A stretch of DNA of 63,839 bases, filler included, from Craspedostauros australis (Eukaryota), in the NCBI GenBank assembly GCA_030167865.1. It is 8 parts of 8 records of this genome, joined end to end, with 100 filler letters (N's around TTAATTAATTAA, not from the genome) between each part and the next. Parts side by side here need not be neighbours in the genome. Positions count along the whole stretch, not along the records: positions 1 to 12,315 come from JALAGF010004422.1; 7 more parts are not named here. The stretch is one strand, 5' to 3'. A program made the translations under genes and the position numbers. Position 1 is the stretch's first letter. Each line of letters opens with the position of its first letter. Below are positions 1-10,895 of the stretch, one piece after another. The notes beneath the pieces are model-generated. The model was not told the origin of the DNA, searched no databases, and saw only the letters and a program-made list of their open reading frames with translations.

Positions 1-1640
1 ACACTCATCCGTGTTGTTCACTCACTCCTCTCACATGCTCATCGACAATCACACTTGGTCAGAACATGGAGTTCTGGCACGATCAGTCCAGTCCTTCGAT
101 GTTGTTCCAGTCCGCGCTTTGTTCTCCTTNNNNNNNNNNNNNNNNNNNNNNNNNNNNNNNNNNNNNNNNNNNNNNNNNNNNNNNNNNNNNNNNNNNNNNN
201 NNNNNNNNNNNNNNNNNNNNNNNNNNNNNNNNNNNNNNNNNNNNNNNNNNNNNNNNGTCTCCCTTTCACATCCATCGTTCGCCATACCAGTTCGTCAATC
301 CACTCAAACCATGTCTCACGATTAGTCTGTCCGTCGTCCGTCATACTCTTGACACATAGAGGAGGAGGTCCACAATAGACTTGGGAGCGTGTCCGACTTT
401 GATAGATCGGTGAGTCTAATTTTTGGTATTATGGGAGGTGCGGCAATCTAGAATAATACGACATAGTCGTACCCTCGATTCCTGACAGCAAAGGTCGGAT
501 GAAGACCATTTTTATATGGATAAGATCGCACGGTGGTCTAGATTTTGTTATTATATGTCATGTTAAATTTTATGAAAATATGAGTCACGACTAGGCGCGA
601 CTGCACCTTCGTTCACTCAAGTGGGTCATATGTGTTTTGATTTCTGTGGTTCGTGTCTGACGGTTTCCGACAGTTAACTGTTCAAATGCATGCCACAATA
701 TTACTATATCCGTGCATGGGAATGCCAACTCCAAACATTTGTCGGTGGACACGTGTCAGCTGTGCAACGTTTGGGTTTGTTACACGTCAGCCACACCCAA
801 CGTGCTCGCGAAATCATTTTTGGCGAACATGTCACCAACAACTGACACTTGTCACGACCCCATGCCACACCACCATGCGAAACAGCACCGTCATTGCTGT
901 TTTCATCTCTGTTTTGTGTGTATCAAGGCCCCTTGATCATGCTCCATCGCTGCTCTCGTGCCCTTGCACTCGCGCTTGCAGCACTTGCACTGCCTGTATC
1001 TCTTTGGCTTGCAATCTTTGGCTCACAAGCACCACTGATGAAGAGACATCGAAACCTACTCCTGGGTTTGGTGATTGCCGCCACTGACAGGCACCAGCAA
1101 CAACATCTACAGTAACCACTAATTCGCAACAACCACAACACACCCGCGTCATACTGTACAGTTTGCTTTTGGGATTATCTGATATTCACTGTCGCTGTGG
1201 CACCCACACCACACACACGACACACATGACACACATCCGTATCATCTCCCGATCATCACAAATTCAACTAATGACACAAAACCATCTGACTTAGTTGAGA
1301 TTAAATAAGGGACAGACTATTGCCGGACACGGTATCCACCTCCGACAGGAGAAATTGTTGTTTTGGCGCGAAATCTTCCGACTTGATCGACCACCACATG
1401 TTTTCTCCTCCTTTCTCTCCTCCATTCGCGAGTCCATCATGACGCAAGCATACCACCATACCATCACACTCGAATATACTATCCCTTTACCACCGGAGCT
1501 TAACGCCCATATTATGGGTGATATAATGACACTAGTTTTTAAACGAATTTTCCCTACCAGAGCCTTCGTGAAAACTTAGTCTGTACTCCTCACAACTAGT
1601 GTTATCATGAGAAACTACTGATTTTTTGTTTGTGTCTGTT

Positions 1641-3447
1641 TCACTTCTTTCCATGGTATATATCCCAATGATCCCTACAGATATAGACTCAGCAGAAGCT
1701 ACACATCCTAGTAACCCGTTTAGGTTTGGTTCCCTCCTTGCCAGAAAGTCTTGCATTTGCAGCCAGAAATGCACAGTATCTGCACGTTTTTGCCCAATGT
1801 CCTTTCACAATAACTTGCTCATGTTCTCTGTCTTCTCCCATCAATCTCGCTTCTGGGAGGGTGGGGTGTTTGTGCTCATTCTGTGCCTTGTCACTATGAG
1901 TCTAGGTACCTGGGAAGACAATCTTGTGCCCCTTGAACTCGATGTGGACGACTTCCTCACAAGGGCTTCCACCATCTCCAGCATGAATTCTTTTTGGGAC
2001 AACCTCTCCTTTTTGTCTGCCAGATGACAATGACTGATCCATGCGTTCACTCTGAGGATATCCAGGAAATGGAACATGAGTGGCATCCATATCCTCCTGC
2101 ACCGCATGTTTGGACGATGATATGATATGAGCTGGTCACATTGGTCAACCCCACCCATCCAGTGATTGTAGTCATCAATCATTTTGGGAATGCGGATTCT
2201 TGCATTCCAATCATCTCCCCACACTGTCTTGAGATGCTTCTTGTTGATCCATGTCTCTCTTGGCTTGTGACAATCACGAACAACTGTCTCATTTCCATAG
2301 TGAACTGTGCTCACCATCAGGACGACGTTGTTGTCCACCCACCGAGTCACCACATGCTCATTTGGTTTGGTTCAGATGCACAAACTGTTGAGCCTGTCAT
2401 CCTCCACCTCCTTCACTGCCTTTGGAGGGAATCCGTTCCGATTGCATGCTGTGCCCAAGATGCCAATGCCCATCTGTCTTGACCACTGCAGAACTTTCTT
2501 GGTTGTGAAGAAATTGTCCATGGTGACAACATGATGATGGCTTCGGTCAAGTTCATTCATCAACTCCTCCACAGTGTTGTTGATTCGTGTGGTCTTGTCA
2601 AGTCGACCTGCAGGTGGGATATGGTACATGAACCCAGTGCTTGAACAGCACAATGCAAAGAATTTGAAGCCTTCTTTGATTGGCTTCTGCTTCATCCGAT
2701 GTGTCTGGGCTGATCGACCTTTGAACCACACCATCATTTCGTCAATGGCACATGCAGCTCCTGGTCTTGTACAGATGCGTTTCGACACTCGATTTGTGTG
2801 GTTGAGGAGTGATTGCACCTTCCGATACCATGATCAGGTCAACTGAACACTGTCACTGTCCGTTTTGGCCTTCTTTCGTGCTGGCGGCTTCGTATCCAAG
2901 GCTTCAGAATTGTTCAACTCTGTAGTGTGGATGTTCAATGAAGCTGTGCTGATGGATGAAAATTCACTTCCTGATGCCATGGTGGTACTGCCTGCACATG
3001 CTCGCATGTCATCTTCATCAACATTGACCTGGATGAGTGTGGTGGAAGATGCTGTTGATCCGTTTTCATAGTCAGGAAGCTCTGCAGTGAAGTAGATGTG
3101 GCAGAAGATAACGTTGTATTGGTCCCTGCTCAGGTGAGTCATGAGTGTGTTTGATGGGGCAGATACACAGGTGGCACGCCAATAGTCCCTCTTGGATGGT
3201 GCAGTCCATACTCTCATGTAGTAATACATTGCCAGGAATATGTAAAACTTGGAAATTGTGATGGCAGGAGCCATGCTGCTGCTCTTCCGTAGATGATTGT
3301 TGGAATGCCGTTGGATTCTTTCCATCAATGTAGATTGAAATATGATCTCCAGAAGGCTGTCCACTGTTGTCTTCACATTTCGGACGCCAGCAAATCTCGG
3401 CTTGTGATTTCCAATTGGTAGGGGAGAGTATGGAGGAGGAACCGTTG
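1641..3447 (-). pseudogene. piggyBac transposase (DDE_Tnp_1_7 / PGBD-like), catalytic core and C-terminal Cys-rich domain
   Basis: Motifs AIDEMMV.FKGRS, KPIKEGFK, VTMDNFFT, W.DNNVV..VST and YN..MGGVD..DQ; C-terminal CRYC...CSFC..YIC.DHW..YH ending at the stop at 1641-1643. In-frame TGA stops at 2834, 2372 and about 1689, and a 1-bp frameshift near 1870. Confidence 0.93.
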
Positions 3448-3894
3448 TATTAGCATTCTGCTTTATTCCGCACAGCTCTCTCTCGTGTTCGAGCTTAGTT
3501 GTGCGTGTGAATCGTATCCTGAACCAACACAGACCATGAAATGGTCACATTACGAGCGAATAGCTCGACGAGAAACGAAACTAAAGAAGTACCAAGGTAC
3601 TGGGTATCAGAGACAAGGTACCATGAAACAAGATCGATACTGTGAGCCAGCTACTGACCCAAACCAGTTGAACCTGAAGAGATGTAAAGATCCTATCCGA
3701 TGCTTGCAGAACAGAGGAATGCAAGAGCAGAGGCATGGACATGAACAGAGGTCAGAGAGTAAGCTCACAACTCCTAAGTTTGTAATAACATTCGAGTTCT
3801 CAACAGACTTCCAGTGAACGCCCCCTTCTCGATCTGATCAATTGCAGAAGGACGCGTTCTCCCCTACGTTACCACCAATTCCTCAAGTCTAACA
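3448..3894 (+). repeat. 5' LTR (447 bp)
   Basis: 3694-3894 matches 8409-8609 with 4 substitutions in 201 bp by eye. Terminal inverted repeat T(A/G)TTAG...CTAACA. Confidence 0.9.
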
Positions 3895-3908
3895 GATTAA
3901 CAGTCGCA
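3895..3908 (+). promoter_or_regulatory. Putative primer-binding site complementary to the anticodon arm of tRNA-Asn(GUU) (half-tRNA type)
   Basis: GATTAACAGTCGCA directly follows the LTR. Its reverse complement TGCGACTGTTAATC contains a CT-GTT-AA anticodon loop. Confidence 0.7.
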
Positions 3909-4103
3909 ATACTCTACGTCCCGAGCTGACTGAGTGAACGAACAACCCCATCCCGAGACAGCTGCATCCCAGCTGAACGAACGAGCATCACGTGACGACG
4001 TGATAGCACTCGAACCGCAATTGCATTGAACGAGTCCGCAACAGCCTGTTGCCGACATACCGAACCCCTCATCACCCGAGCGCATCCGCTGTGAAGAGAC
4101 AGA

Positions 4104-7100
4104 ATGAACCCGATCATCTCCAAGATGACATCCACGAACCCACTGGACATCCTCAACCACGCCCTCAAGGCGGTTGGGATCAAGAACGACTCCGACGAGC
4201 GTCGAGTCATCACCTCATCTGGCGTAGAGGACATCGACGACCTCACGCTGTTGACGAAGTAGGACCTGGATGGCCTCCACATCACCATCTCCAAGGAGGG
4301 TAGCGAACCCTACAATTGCAAGCTTGCCGCACTGCATGTGCGCAAGATCCTTGCGCTGGAGCGCTGGTACGACAGCCAAGGAGGCATGGAAGCCAGCACC
4401 TGGCTTGAGCTGAACGCAGCTCGCCTTCAGACCTTCATGAAGAAGGAGAAGAAGGCAGAATCGAAGACAACCATGGCAGAAGTGCCCACACCTGACGTGA
4501 TCCCCTCGTCTACCCCATCTTCGGACGATGTCGCGGCCTTCAAGCGTGGCACCAAGCGCAACCTGAGCGACTACCCGACCATGAAGAACGACGAGCAGTT
4601 CCTGCAGTTCGATCGCCGTCTCCGAGCCACCGCAGCGGCCCATGGAATCAAGAACGCCGTCGATCCTGAGTACCTGCCAGCGAGTGAAGAGCTCGCACTG
4701 TTCGAAGAGCAATGTACGTTCCTGTACTATGTTCTCTCAAACTCCCTTCGCACCATGAAGAGCCGCAACTGCCTCTTGCCGTACGCCGACAAGGAGGACG
4801 GACATGACGTCTACATGATGTTGAAGGAGGAGTACGCCTCTGGCGTAGCGGCGACCAACAAGGCCCAGATGATCCAAGCTGAGATCAGGAACCTGAAGCT
4901 CAACAACACCTGGAACAGCAGCCGTGAGACATTCGACAATAGCTGGTTGTCGAAGGTGAACGACCTGGAGGAGGTCCAAGACAGCCCAGTCGCCGACGAC
5001 TGGAAGATGCAATGGCTGCGTGAAGCCATCGCTCCAGACAACGACCTCTGTCGCGCTCTCGACGACGCCGACGCTCTCCAAACCAACATGAGCCTCACCA
5101 CTGGCAAGATGGACTTCTCTCTGGACTTCGATGCGTTCCTCGGTATTGTGCGTCGTTCTGCACAACACAACGACCTGCGCAACCCGCGCAACAAGACGAA
5201 GCGCAGGATCAACAACACCAACAAGGACAACGAGAAAGGCGAAGACAACGCCAACAAGAACAAGACCGGAACCCATCGCATCCCGGATGACGAATGGAAG
5301 AAGATGACCTGGCCTCAGAAGAAAGCGCACATGGAGGCGCGTGGCCAATGGGACCCTTCCAAGAACAAGAGCAAGAACAAGTCCCAGCGTCAGGCCAACA
5401 AGACCGCTGGCACTGACAAGACCTCATCGGGATCCTCTTCTGGGGAGACCGGTACCAAGACAAGCGCTGCCCCCGGTGACGCTATCAAGCGTATGCTGGC
5501 AAACACACAGACCAGCAAGAGTGAAGAGATCACAGTCAATGGTAAGGTCTACCGCACTGTGAACATCACCGAAGTTTGCTACAGCTTCAACAAGGCAACC
5601 ACCAACATGTCTGGTTCCCTAATTGACAGTGGTGCGAACGGAGGTCTCGCTGGAGAAGATGTCGTGGTCCTGGACAGGACCGGACACACAGCGGATATCA
5701 ACGGGATCGGTGATACCACGATTTTCAACCTCGACATCGGCACCGTGGCTGGCCTCGTCATGTCGACTGAAGGACCCATCATCGTGAAGTTCTACCAGTA
5801 TGCCATCCATTGGAAAGGCAAGACAATCCATTCCTCCAACCAACTCGGAGCGTTTGGGTTGGATGTGAACGAGCGTCCAAGCAGCCTACCAGGTGGTCGC
5901 CAATCCATCATCGTGCCAGACGGACACATCATCCCTCTTGCGATCCGACAAGGTCTGTCGTACATGGACATGCGTCCACCCACATCCAAAGAGATGGGCA
6001 CCTATCCGCACGTTGACTTCACGGCGGATGAAGTTTGGGATCCATCCGCACTCGATCAAGAAACCCTGACGGCGGAACAGTCACTCGATGAAATTTCTGA
6101 GGAAACTTTCGAATCTCAGGATGCCCTTAAGGTTTCCAAGACCAAGAAACTCGGTGAGATGACAACACCAGTTACCATCCAACGTACGCCAATCAACTAC
6201 AAGGCGCTCCGCCCGCGGTTCGGTTGGATCCCCGCTCTACGCATCCGAGACACACTCCGCTGTACCTCCCAATGGTACCGCTCCTCCGAGCGTTTTGAGA
6301 TGCGCAAGCATTTCAAGACCCGATTCCCAGCAGCCAAAGTCAACTGTCTCCACGAGACAGTGGCGATGGACACTCTCTTTTCCGATACACCCGCACATGA
6401 TGATGGTGTTCCAGGACATGGTGGGTGCACCATGATCCAGATCTATGTTGCTGTGGACTCTCGCTTCACTGCTGGATTCCCGATGGCATCCGAGAAGCAG
6501 GTCTCCAGCACCTTCCAGGAGTTCATCAGGCGCCATGGAGCTCCGGATCTGTTGATGTCAGACAATGCAAAAGCAGAGATCGGATTCAAGATGCAAGACA
6601 TCCTCCGGCAATATGCTATCGCCGACCACCAGAGTGAACCCGAGCATCAGCACCAGAACGCCGCTGAGCGACGCATCCAGGACATCAAATGGATGACCAA
6701 CGGTGTCATGGACCAAACAGGAACCCCTGCCCGCTTCTGGTTGATCTGTACGATGTATGTCATCGTCCTCTTCAATCACCTGGCACAACGAACGGCAGGC
6801 AACGTCACGCCAATGCAGGCCGCCTACGGGCATCGTCCTGACGTGAGCAAGTTCATGTGCTACCACTGGTGGCAGCCAGTGTACTACCAAGTCGAGAAGC
6901 CTGGCGTCCCCAGCCAGTCTCGCGAGCGCAAGGGACGCTGGGCGGGACCGTGTCTCCACAAGGGAGATGATCTGACGTACTGGGTGCTCGACGACGAGAC
7001 GCAGCAGCTCCTGCCGCGATCTGCTATCCATGCTGCCGGCCTCCCACCCGAGTCCAACCTTCGTGCCGACTTCCCCATGCCTGACGCTGGGGAGGATGAC

Positions 7101-7843
7101 GGCTTGGCCAAGGTCCCATCCGCTGATGGGGAGCTTCAAGACGACTCTATCATCGAGTCCACTGCCGACCCGGTCGTTCATTCCCTCTCGGACGAAGTTC
7201 TTTTCGCTTCTGACGGAGCCGACAATCGAGCGACGGACGGGGGAATCGTCAAGGTGCCGCACTTCACACCTGAGGAACTGATCGGAAAGACCTTTGTGTA
7301 TGATCGTGATGGCGAGCAAGTCAAGGCGGAAGTCATCCAACGTGTGAATGATGCTGATGCCGCAAACCATCAACGCATCAAGATGCTCCTTTCCATCGAT
7401 GACGGAGCTGTCAACGACCTCATCTCGTATGTGGAACTGTCCGATCTTATCGAACAACAGACCGACAGCAGCACCAACAGAGAAGATGCCAAGTGGGGAT
7501 TCCACAGCATCACAGGACACGAAGGACCCTTGGTACCAACCTCCAACCGATACAAAGGATCTAAATACAACGTGATTGTCCAATGGGATGATGGATCTTT
7601 GACCACAGAACCACTCTCGCTGATGATTCGAGATGATCCTGTGTCGTGCGCTGTCTACGGACGCAAGCATGACCTCCTCGAACATCCAGGGTGGAAGCGT
7701 CTCAAGAAGACTGCTGAACGGCAAGGACGCATGAAACGGCAAGCACACATTGCCAAGACCAAGTCCAAACGACACACCAACACACCCATCTACCAGTTTG
7801 GTGTGCAAGTGCCACGCAATCACCAAGAAGCCATGCGCCTGGA
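4104..7843 (+). pseudogene. Copia Gag-Pol polyprotein (Gag, protease, integrase, chromo-like domain, first residues of RT), truncated
   Basis: ATG at 4104, premature TAG at 4260-4262, then in frame with ORF 4338. Protease LIDSGANGG; integrase VAMDTLF...LMSDNAKAE...QNAAERRIQ; RT N-terminus YQFGVQVPRNHQEAMRLD, after which similarity breaks abruptly. Confidence 0.93.
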
Positions 7844-8408
7844 TGTCGGAATGTGTGTACTCGGATGTGTATGCATCAGTCACACTTGCGCGCCATCATC
7901 CAGAATATTTGGTGGCGGAATCACGACCCAAAACTATGACGTCACAGCAATACCACCGAGATACCACAAGGATACTGCGATACTACAATGACAGGATACC
8001 GTGATACCAGCGGATACCACAGTATCCATCACACGTGACGTCATATTGAGACCTTAACTACCAGGTCTACAGGAATGAAATATGTTGTGAATATTCCATC
8101 AGATTCGATCAATCATCAGGTTCAACAAAACNNNNNNNNNNNNNNNNNNNNNNNNNNNNNNNNNNNNNNNNNNNNNNNNNNNNNNNNNNNNNNNNNNNNN
8201 NNNNNNNNNNNNNNAATGTGCATGGAGGTGCAAGAGGATTGCACCAAGCAATGAGAGCAAGGAAGAGATGGATCAAGAGAGCATCTTGATCATCTCATAC
8301 CTCACGCTCGCTCACTAACAATCAATAGCAACAACAGTAACAGTAACAGAAACACTTTGAGAAAGAGTGTGACTACTACCGATTCTCCGTGCGCGGAGCC
8401 TTCCAACA
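7844..8408. mobile_element. Second-family LTR-like segment (solo-LTR-like) replacing RT/RNase H; contains an N gap
   Basis: Starts TGTCGGAA and ends TTCCAACA (8-bp inverted repeat, 1 mismatch). It begins exactly where polyprotein similarity stops and ends exactly where the host 3' LTR resumes. GATAC motifs cluster at about 7950-8020. Confidence 0.65.
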
Positions 8409-8609
8409 TATCCGATGCTTGCAGAACAGAGGAATGCAAGAGCAGAGGCATGGACATGAACAGAGGTCAGAGAGTAAGCTCACAACTCCTAAGTTTGTAA
8501 TAACATTTGAGTTCCCAACAGACTTCCAGTGAACGCCACCTTCTCAATCTGATCAATTGCAGAAGGACGCGTTCTCCCCTACGTTACCACCAATTCCTCA
8601 AGTCTAACA
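8409..8609 (+). repeat. Partial 3' LTR (last 201 bp)
   Basis: Direct repeat of 3694-3894, ending CTAACA and followed by the TSD. Confidence 0.9.
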
Positions 8610-9270
8610 TGTTGGATGAAGAGGAGGTACTGGAGGAGTGGCAATGTTGTCTCCTGGGGAGGCTGTATGGCAGGAATTGCAGGGCGGCTTGGTGGATTTG
8701 TTGGAGAAAAAGAAAGTGTTGTGCTGGGATTGCTCATAAATTGGTGTTGGGAATGGAGGGAAGTTCAGCTGTGGAATGGTTCTCTGGTTGCTGTCATCAC
8801 CAGTGAAGAATGCACGACCATGGCGACTACCTCGTGTGGCGGTGGTGTCTCTGGAGAACTCTTGCGTGCTGCTGCTGTCAGTGTAGGATTTGTGTGTTGG
8901 TGAAGGGATGGGGCCAACAGTGCTGCCTTTGTGGTATTCTCCTGACCAGACTGATGACTTGTGTCATTGTCCAATGAGGTGGCAGTGGTACCTGATGCAG
9001 GCAGATTGGGATTGCCCCAAACATTGCTGCTGTTGCAGAATTCGTTGTTTCCAAGGAAGTCTCTGTAGGTTGGACTTTGCTCAGAATTGGATGTGTTGTT
9101 GTTATCTGCAAAGAAGATGGCACAGGAAGGCATTCCATTGAGGAATATGATGTGTGGCCATGAGCTGCCATAGGGTGATCTGTCATATGCATGGTGCATG
9201 TGTGAGGGTGAGGTGGGCAATTGGCCTGTGGGGGGTGCAGGCTTTCGTGAAGGCTTCTTTTGGGATCAAC
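8610..9270 (-). pseudogene. N-terminal low-complexity part of the same piggyBac transposase ORF
   Basis: Removing 3448-8614 joins ...ATPPVPPLH to PTVPPPYSPLPIGNHKPRFAGVRNVKTTVDSLL in one open frame, which stays open from about 8963 into ORF 2834-3376. The start codon is uncertain. Confidence 0.7.
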
Positions 9271-9294
9271 CATGATGAAGCTTTTGAATTGGGT

Positions 9295-9565
9295 GATGCT
9301 GTGATGTTGTGATGCTGTGATGCTGCGATCTTGCAATGCTGTGATGCTGCGATGCTGTGACGCTGCGATGTTGGTATGCGGCGATGTTGGGATGCTGTGA
9401 TGCTGCGATGTTGGGATGCTGCAATGTTGTGAACCTGCAATGCTACAATATTGTGATGTTACGATGTTGCAATGTTGTGATGCAGCCATCCTGTGATGTT
9501 GTGATGCTGTGATGCTCACATGATGAGATGCTCACATGCTGTGATGCTCACATGCTGTGATGCTC
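9295..9565. repeat. Degenerate 8-bp tandem repeat (GATGCTGY/GATGTTGT)n in the piggyBac 5' region
   Basis: About 30 imperfect units are visible directly. Confidence 0.9.
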
Positions 9566-10261
9566 GTTGCACGGTAAGAGACTCAGGCACCACAACCCGC
9601 AAGCAGCACATTGGTAGCAAGAGGCATGCTGATACGTAACAACAAAGGCATGGCGTGTGGGTGTTGGCAAGGAAGCGGATTCGAAAAACGAAAATGCGAC
9701 CTCGCCAATTTGGCGATTCGCGTCTCACCAATGGAATGAGCGACAGTCCCGAAGCTCAAAATCGATTCACGAGTACATTAGGCAACTATATCAACCTAAA
9801 GACAGTAACAGACATATAAGTTTGATAGCATGGTTGGAAAGAAGAGCTCGAGAGGATGAAGAATATGTAAAGAAAAGAGGTTCCCACTCGTAGGCGTTGG
9901 GGTCAATAATTCGAATAACTGATTTCGAATTGTTTATCTCCCAATTATTGGGCGATAGGTCGTAAAGGGATAGACCACATGGTTGTGACCGCCTCGGCGA
10001 GAGGATTCTGAGATGACATCTATTGTGCAGAATGAGCCCAAGACCGCTATGTCCGGAGACTTCAAAGATGGAGAGTCAAAATCCTCGAAAAAGAGGCAAG
10101 ATCCTACCAGACCCCTGTAGAATCCTACGTGTAGTCAACTGTAGCTAACAAGATCCAACAACAACCCGTTCTGTCCGTCGTCCGAAGGCAAAACCACACA
10201 CCAAGAGGGTCAACAAACACAAAAAGATCGACTAGACAGTAGTAACAACAAGATGATGTTA

Positions 10262-10606
10262 TTACTTCCCTGGATAGCCCTGAGTCTTAAGTTTACGTAG
10301 ATGTAAAGATATGTTGGGTGGAGTGCCTACAACTTCAAGTCTGAGATCGGGAAAAATGGATCCAAAATCTGTAGCCAACTGTAGCCAATTTTTTAGGGTC
10401 TGTTTGTTTGAGGCAATAGCGTGCGAGAGGTACATTCCGACAAGAAGTGCTGTCACGCCTTGGACTTCGCGGAGAGCACAGAGGATGATTGATGCGAAAC
10501 ACGCGTACTGGGAGTTGTCGGAAAAGGAGAAAAGCTTACTTTTTATGTCGGAATTGGCAAGACTAGGTACTTGATTAGACGTAAATATGTGATTTGCACC
10601 CATCAT
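10262..10606 (-). CDS. Possible small hypothetical protein (114 aa)
   Basis: ATG-initiated ORF with globular-looking composition, co-oriented with the upstream ORF; no recognised motif. Confidence 0.25.
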   Translation of the reverse strand: MMGANHIFTSNQVPSLANSDIKSKLFSFSDNSQYACFASIILCALREVQGVTALLVGMYLSHAIASNKQTLKNWLQLATDFGSIFPDLRLEVVGTPPNISLHLRKLKTQGYPGK

Positions 10607-10895
10607 TGTACTTTGTTTGTTCCTACTACTATTGAGTACTTAGTTAGTGCTCTCCTTTGTGTTTCTGTTTCTGTTGTTTTCGTTGTTTTTTGGTGTTTGT
10701 TTTGGTTTTGTTCGTGCTGTTGTTGTTATTCTGTGTGATCTACTCTGGGGAGTAGTGCTCTCTGTCTGTGATTTCTGCCTGCTTTGCTGGTTCTCGTGTG
10801 ATGTTCCTGTTGTTGACGCATTCACGCTGATGCGGTGATTTTGTTGTTGTTGTTGACGCATCCAGGCTGATGCGGTGTACTGCGTTGCGCTGCAC

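Larger units (their letters stand above)
3448..8609 (+). mobile_element. Ty1/copia LTR retrotransposon (diatom CoDi-I-like), internally deleted
   Basis: 5' LTR 3448-3894 (TATTAG...CTAACA) and partial 3' LTR 8409-8609; 5-bp TSD CGTTG (3443-3447) / TGTTG (8610-8614); gag-PR-IN-RT domain order. Confidence 0.92.
1483..9969 (-). mobile_element. piggyBac-superfamily DNA transposon, full-length but inactivated, interrupted by a copia LTR element
   Basis: 12-bp TIRs: CCCTTTACCACC (1483-1494) and GGTCGTAAAGGG (9958-9969, rc CCCTTTACGACC). Each has a 23-bp palindromic subterminal repeat inside it (1501-1523 and 9935-9957), with asymmetric spacers of 6 and 0 bp. A piggyBac transposase lies between them on the minus strand. 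Confidence 0.85.

Noticed and set aside
326..340. 15-bp match TCTGTCCGTCGTCCG also at 10170-10184
   Set aside because: A 15-mer match is expected by chance in a window this size, and the flanks do not align.
1500..1503. TTAA as the left piggyBac target site
   Set aside because: There is no TTAA at the matching right position, and the inverted match continues outward to 1483/9969, so this TTAA is internal.
1295..1579. ORF with LNKGQTI..HGIHL, reminiscent of a PIF1/Helitron helicase motif
   Set aside because: No other helicase motifs nearby, and the ORF crosses the piggyBac boundary.
6558..7883. Long antisense and alternate-frame ORFs (also 36987-38342, 58751-59623, 58842-59741, 33215-34069)
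   Set aside because: Shadows of real coding regions caused by codon bias and repeats; no independent motifs.
7844..7991. C-terminal 48 residues of the 1217-aa ORF
   Set aside because: Read-through into the inserted LTR-like segment; not part of Pol.
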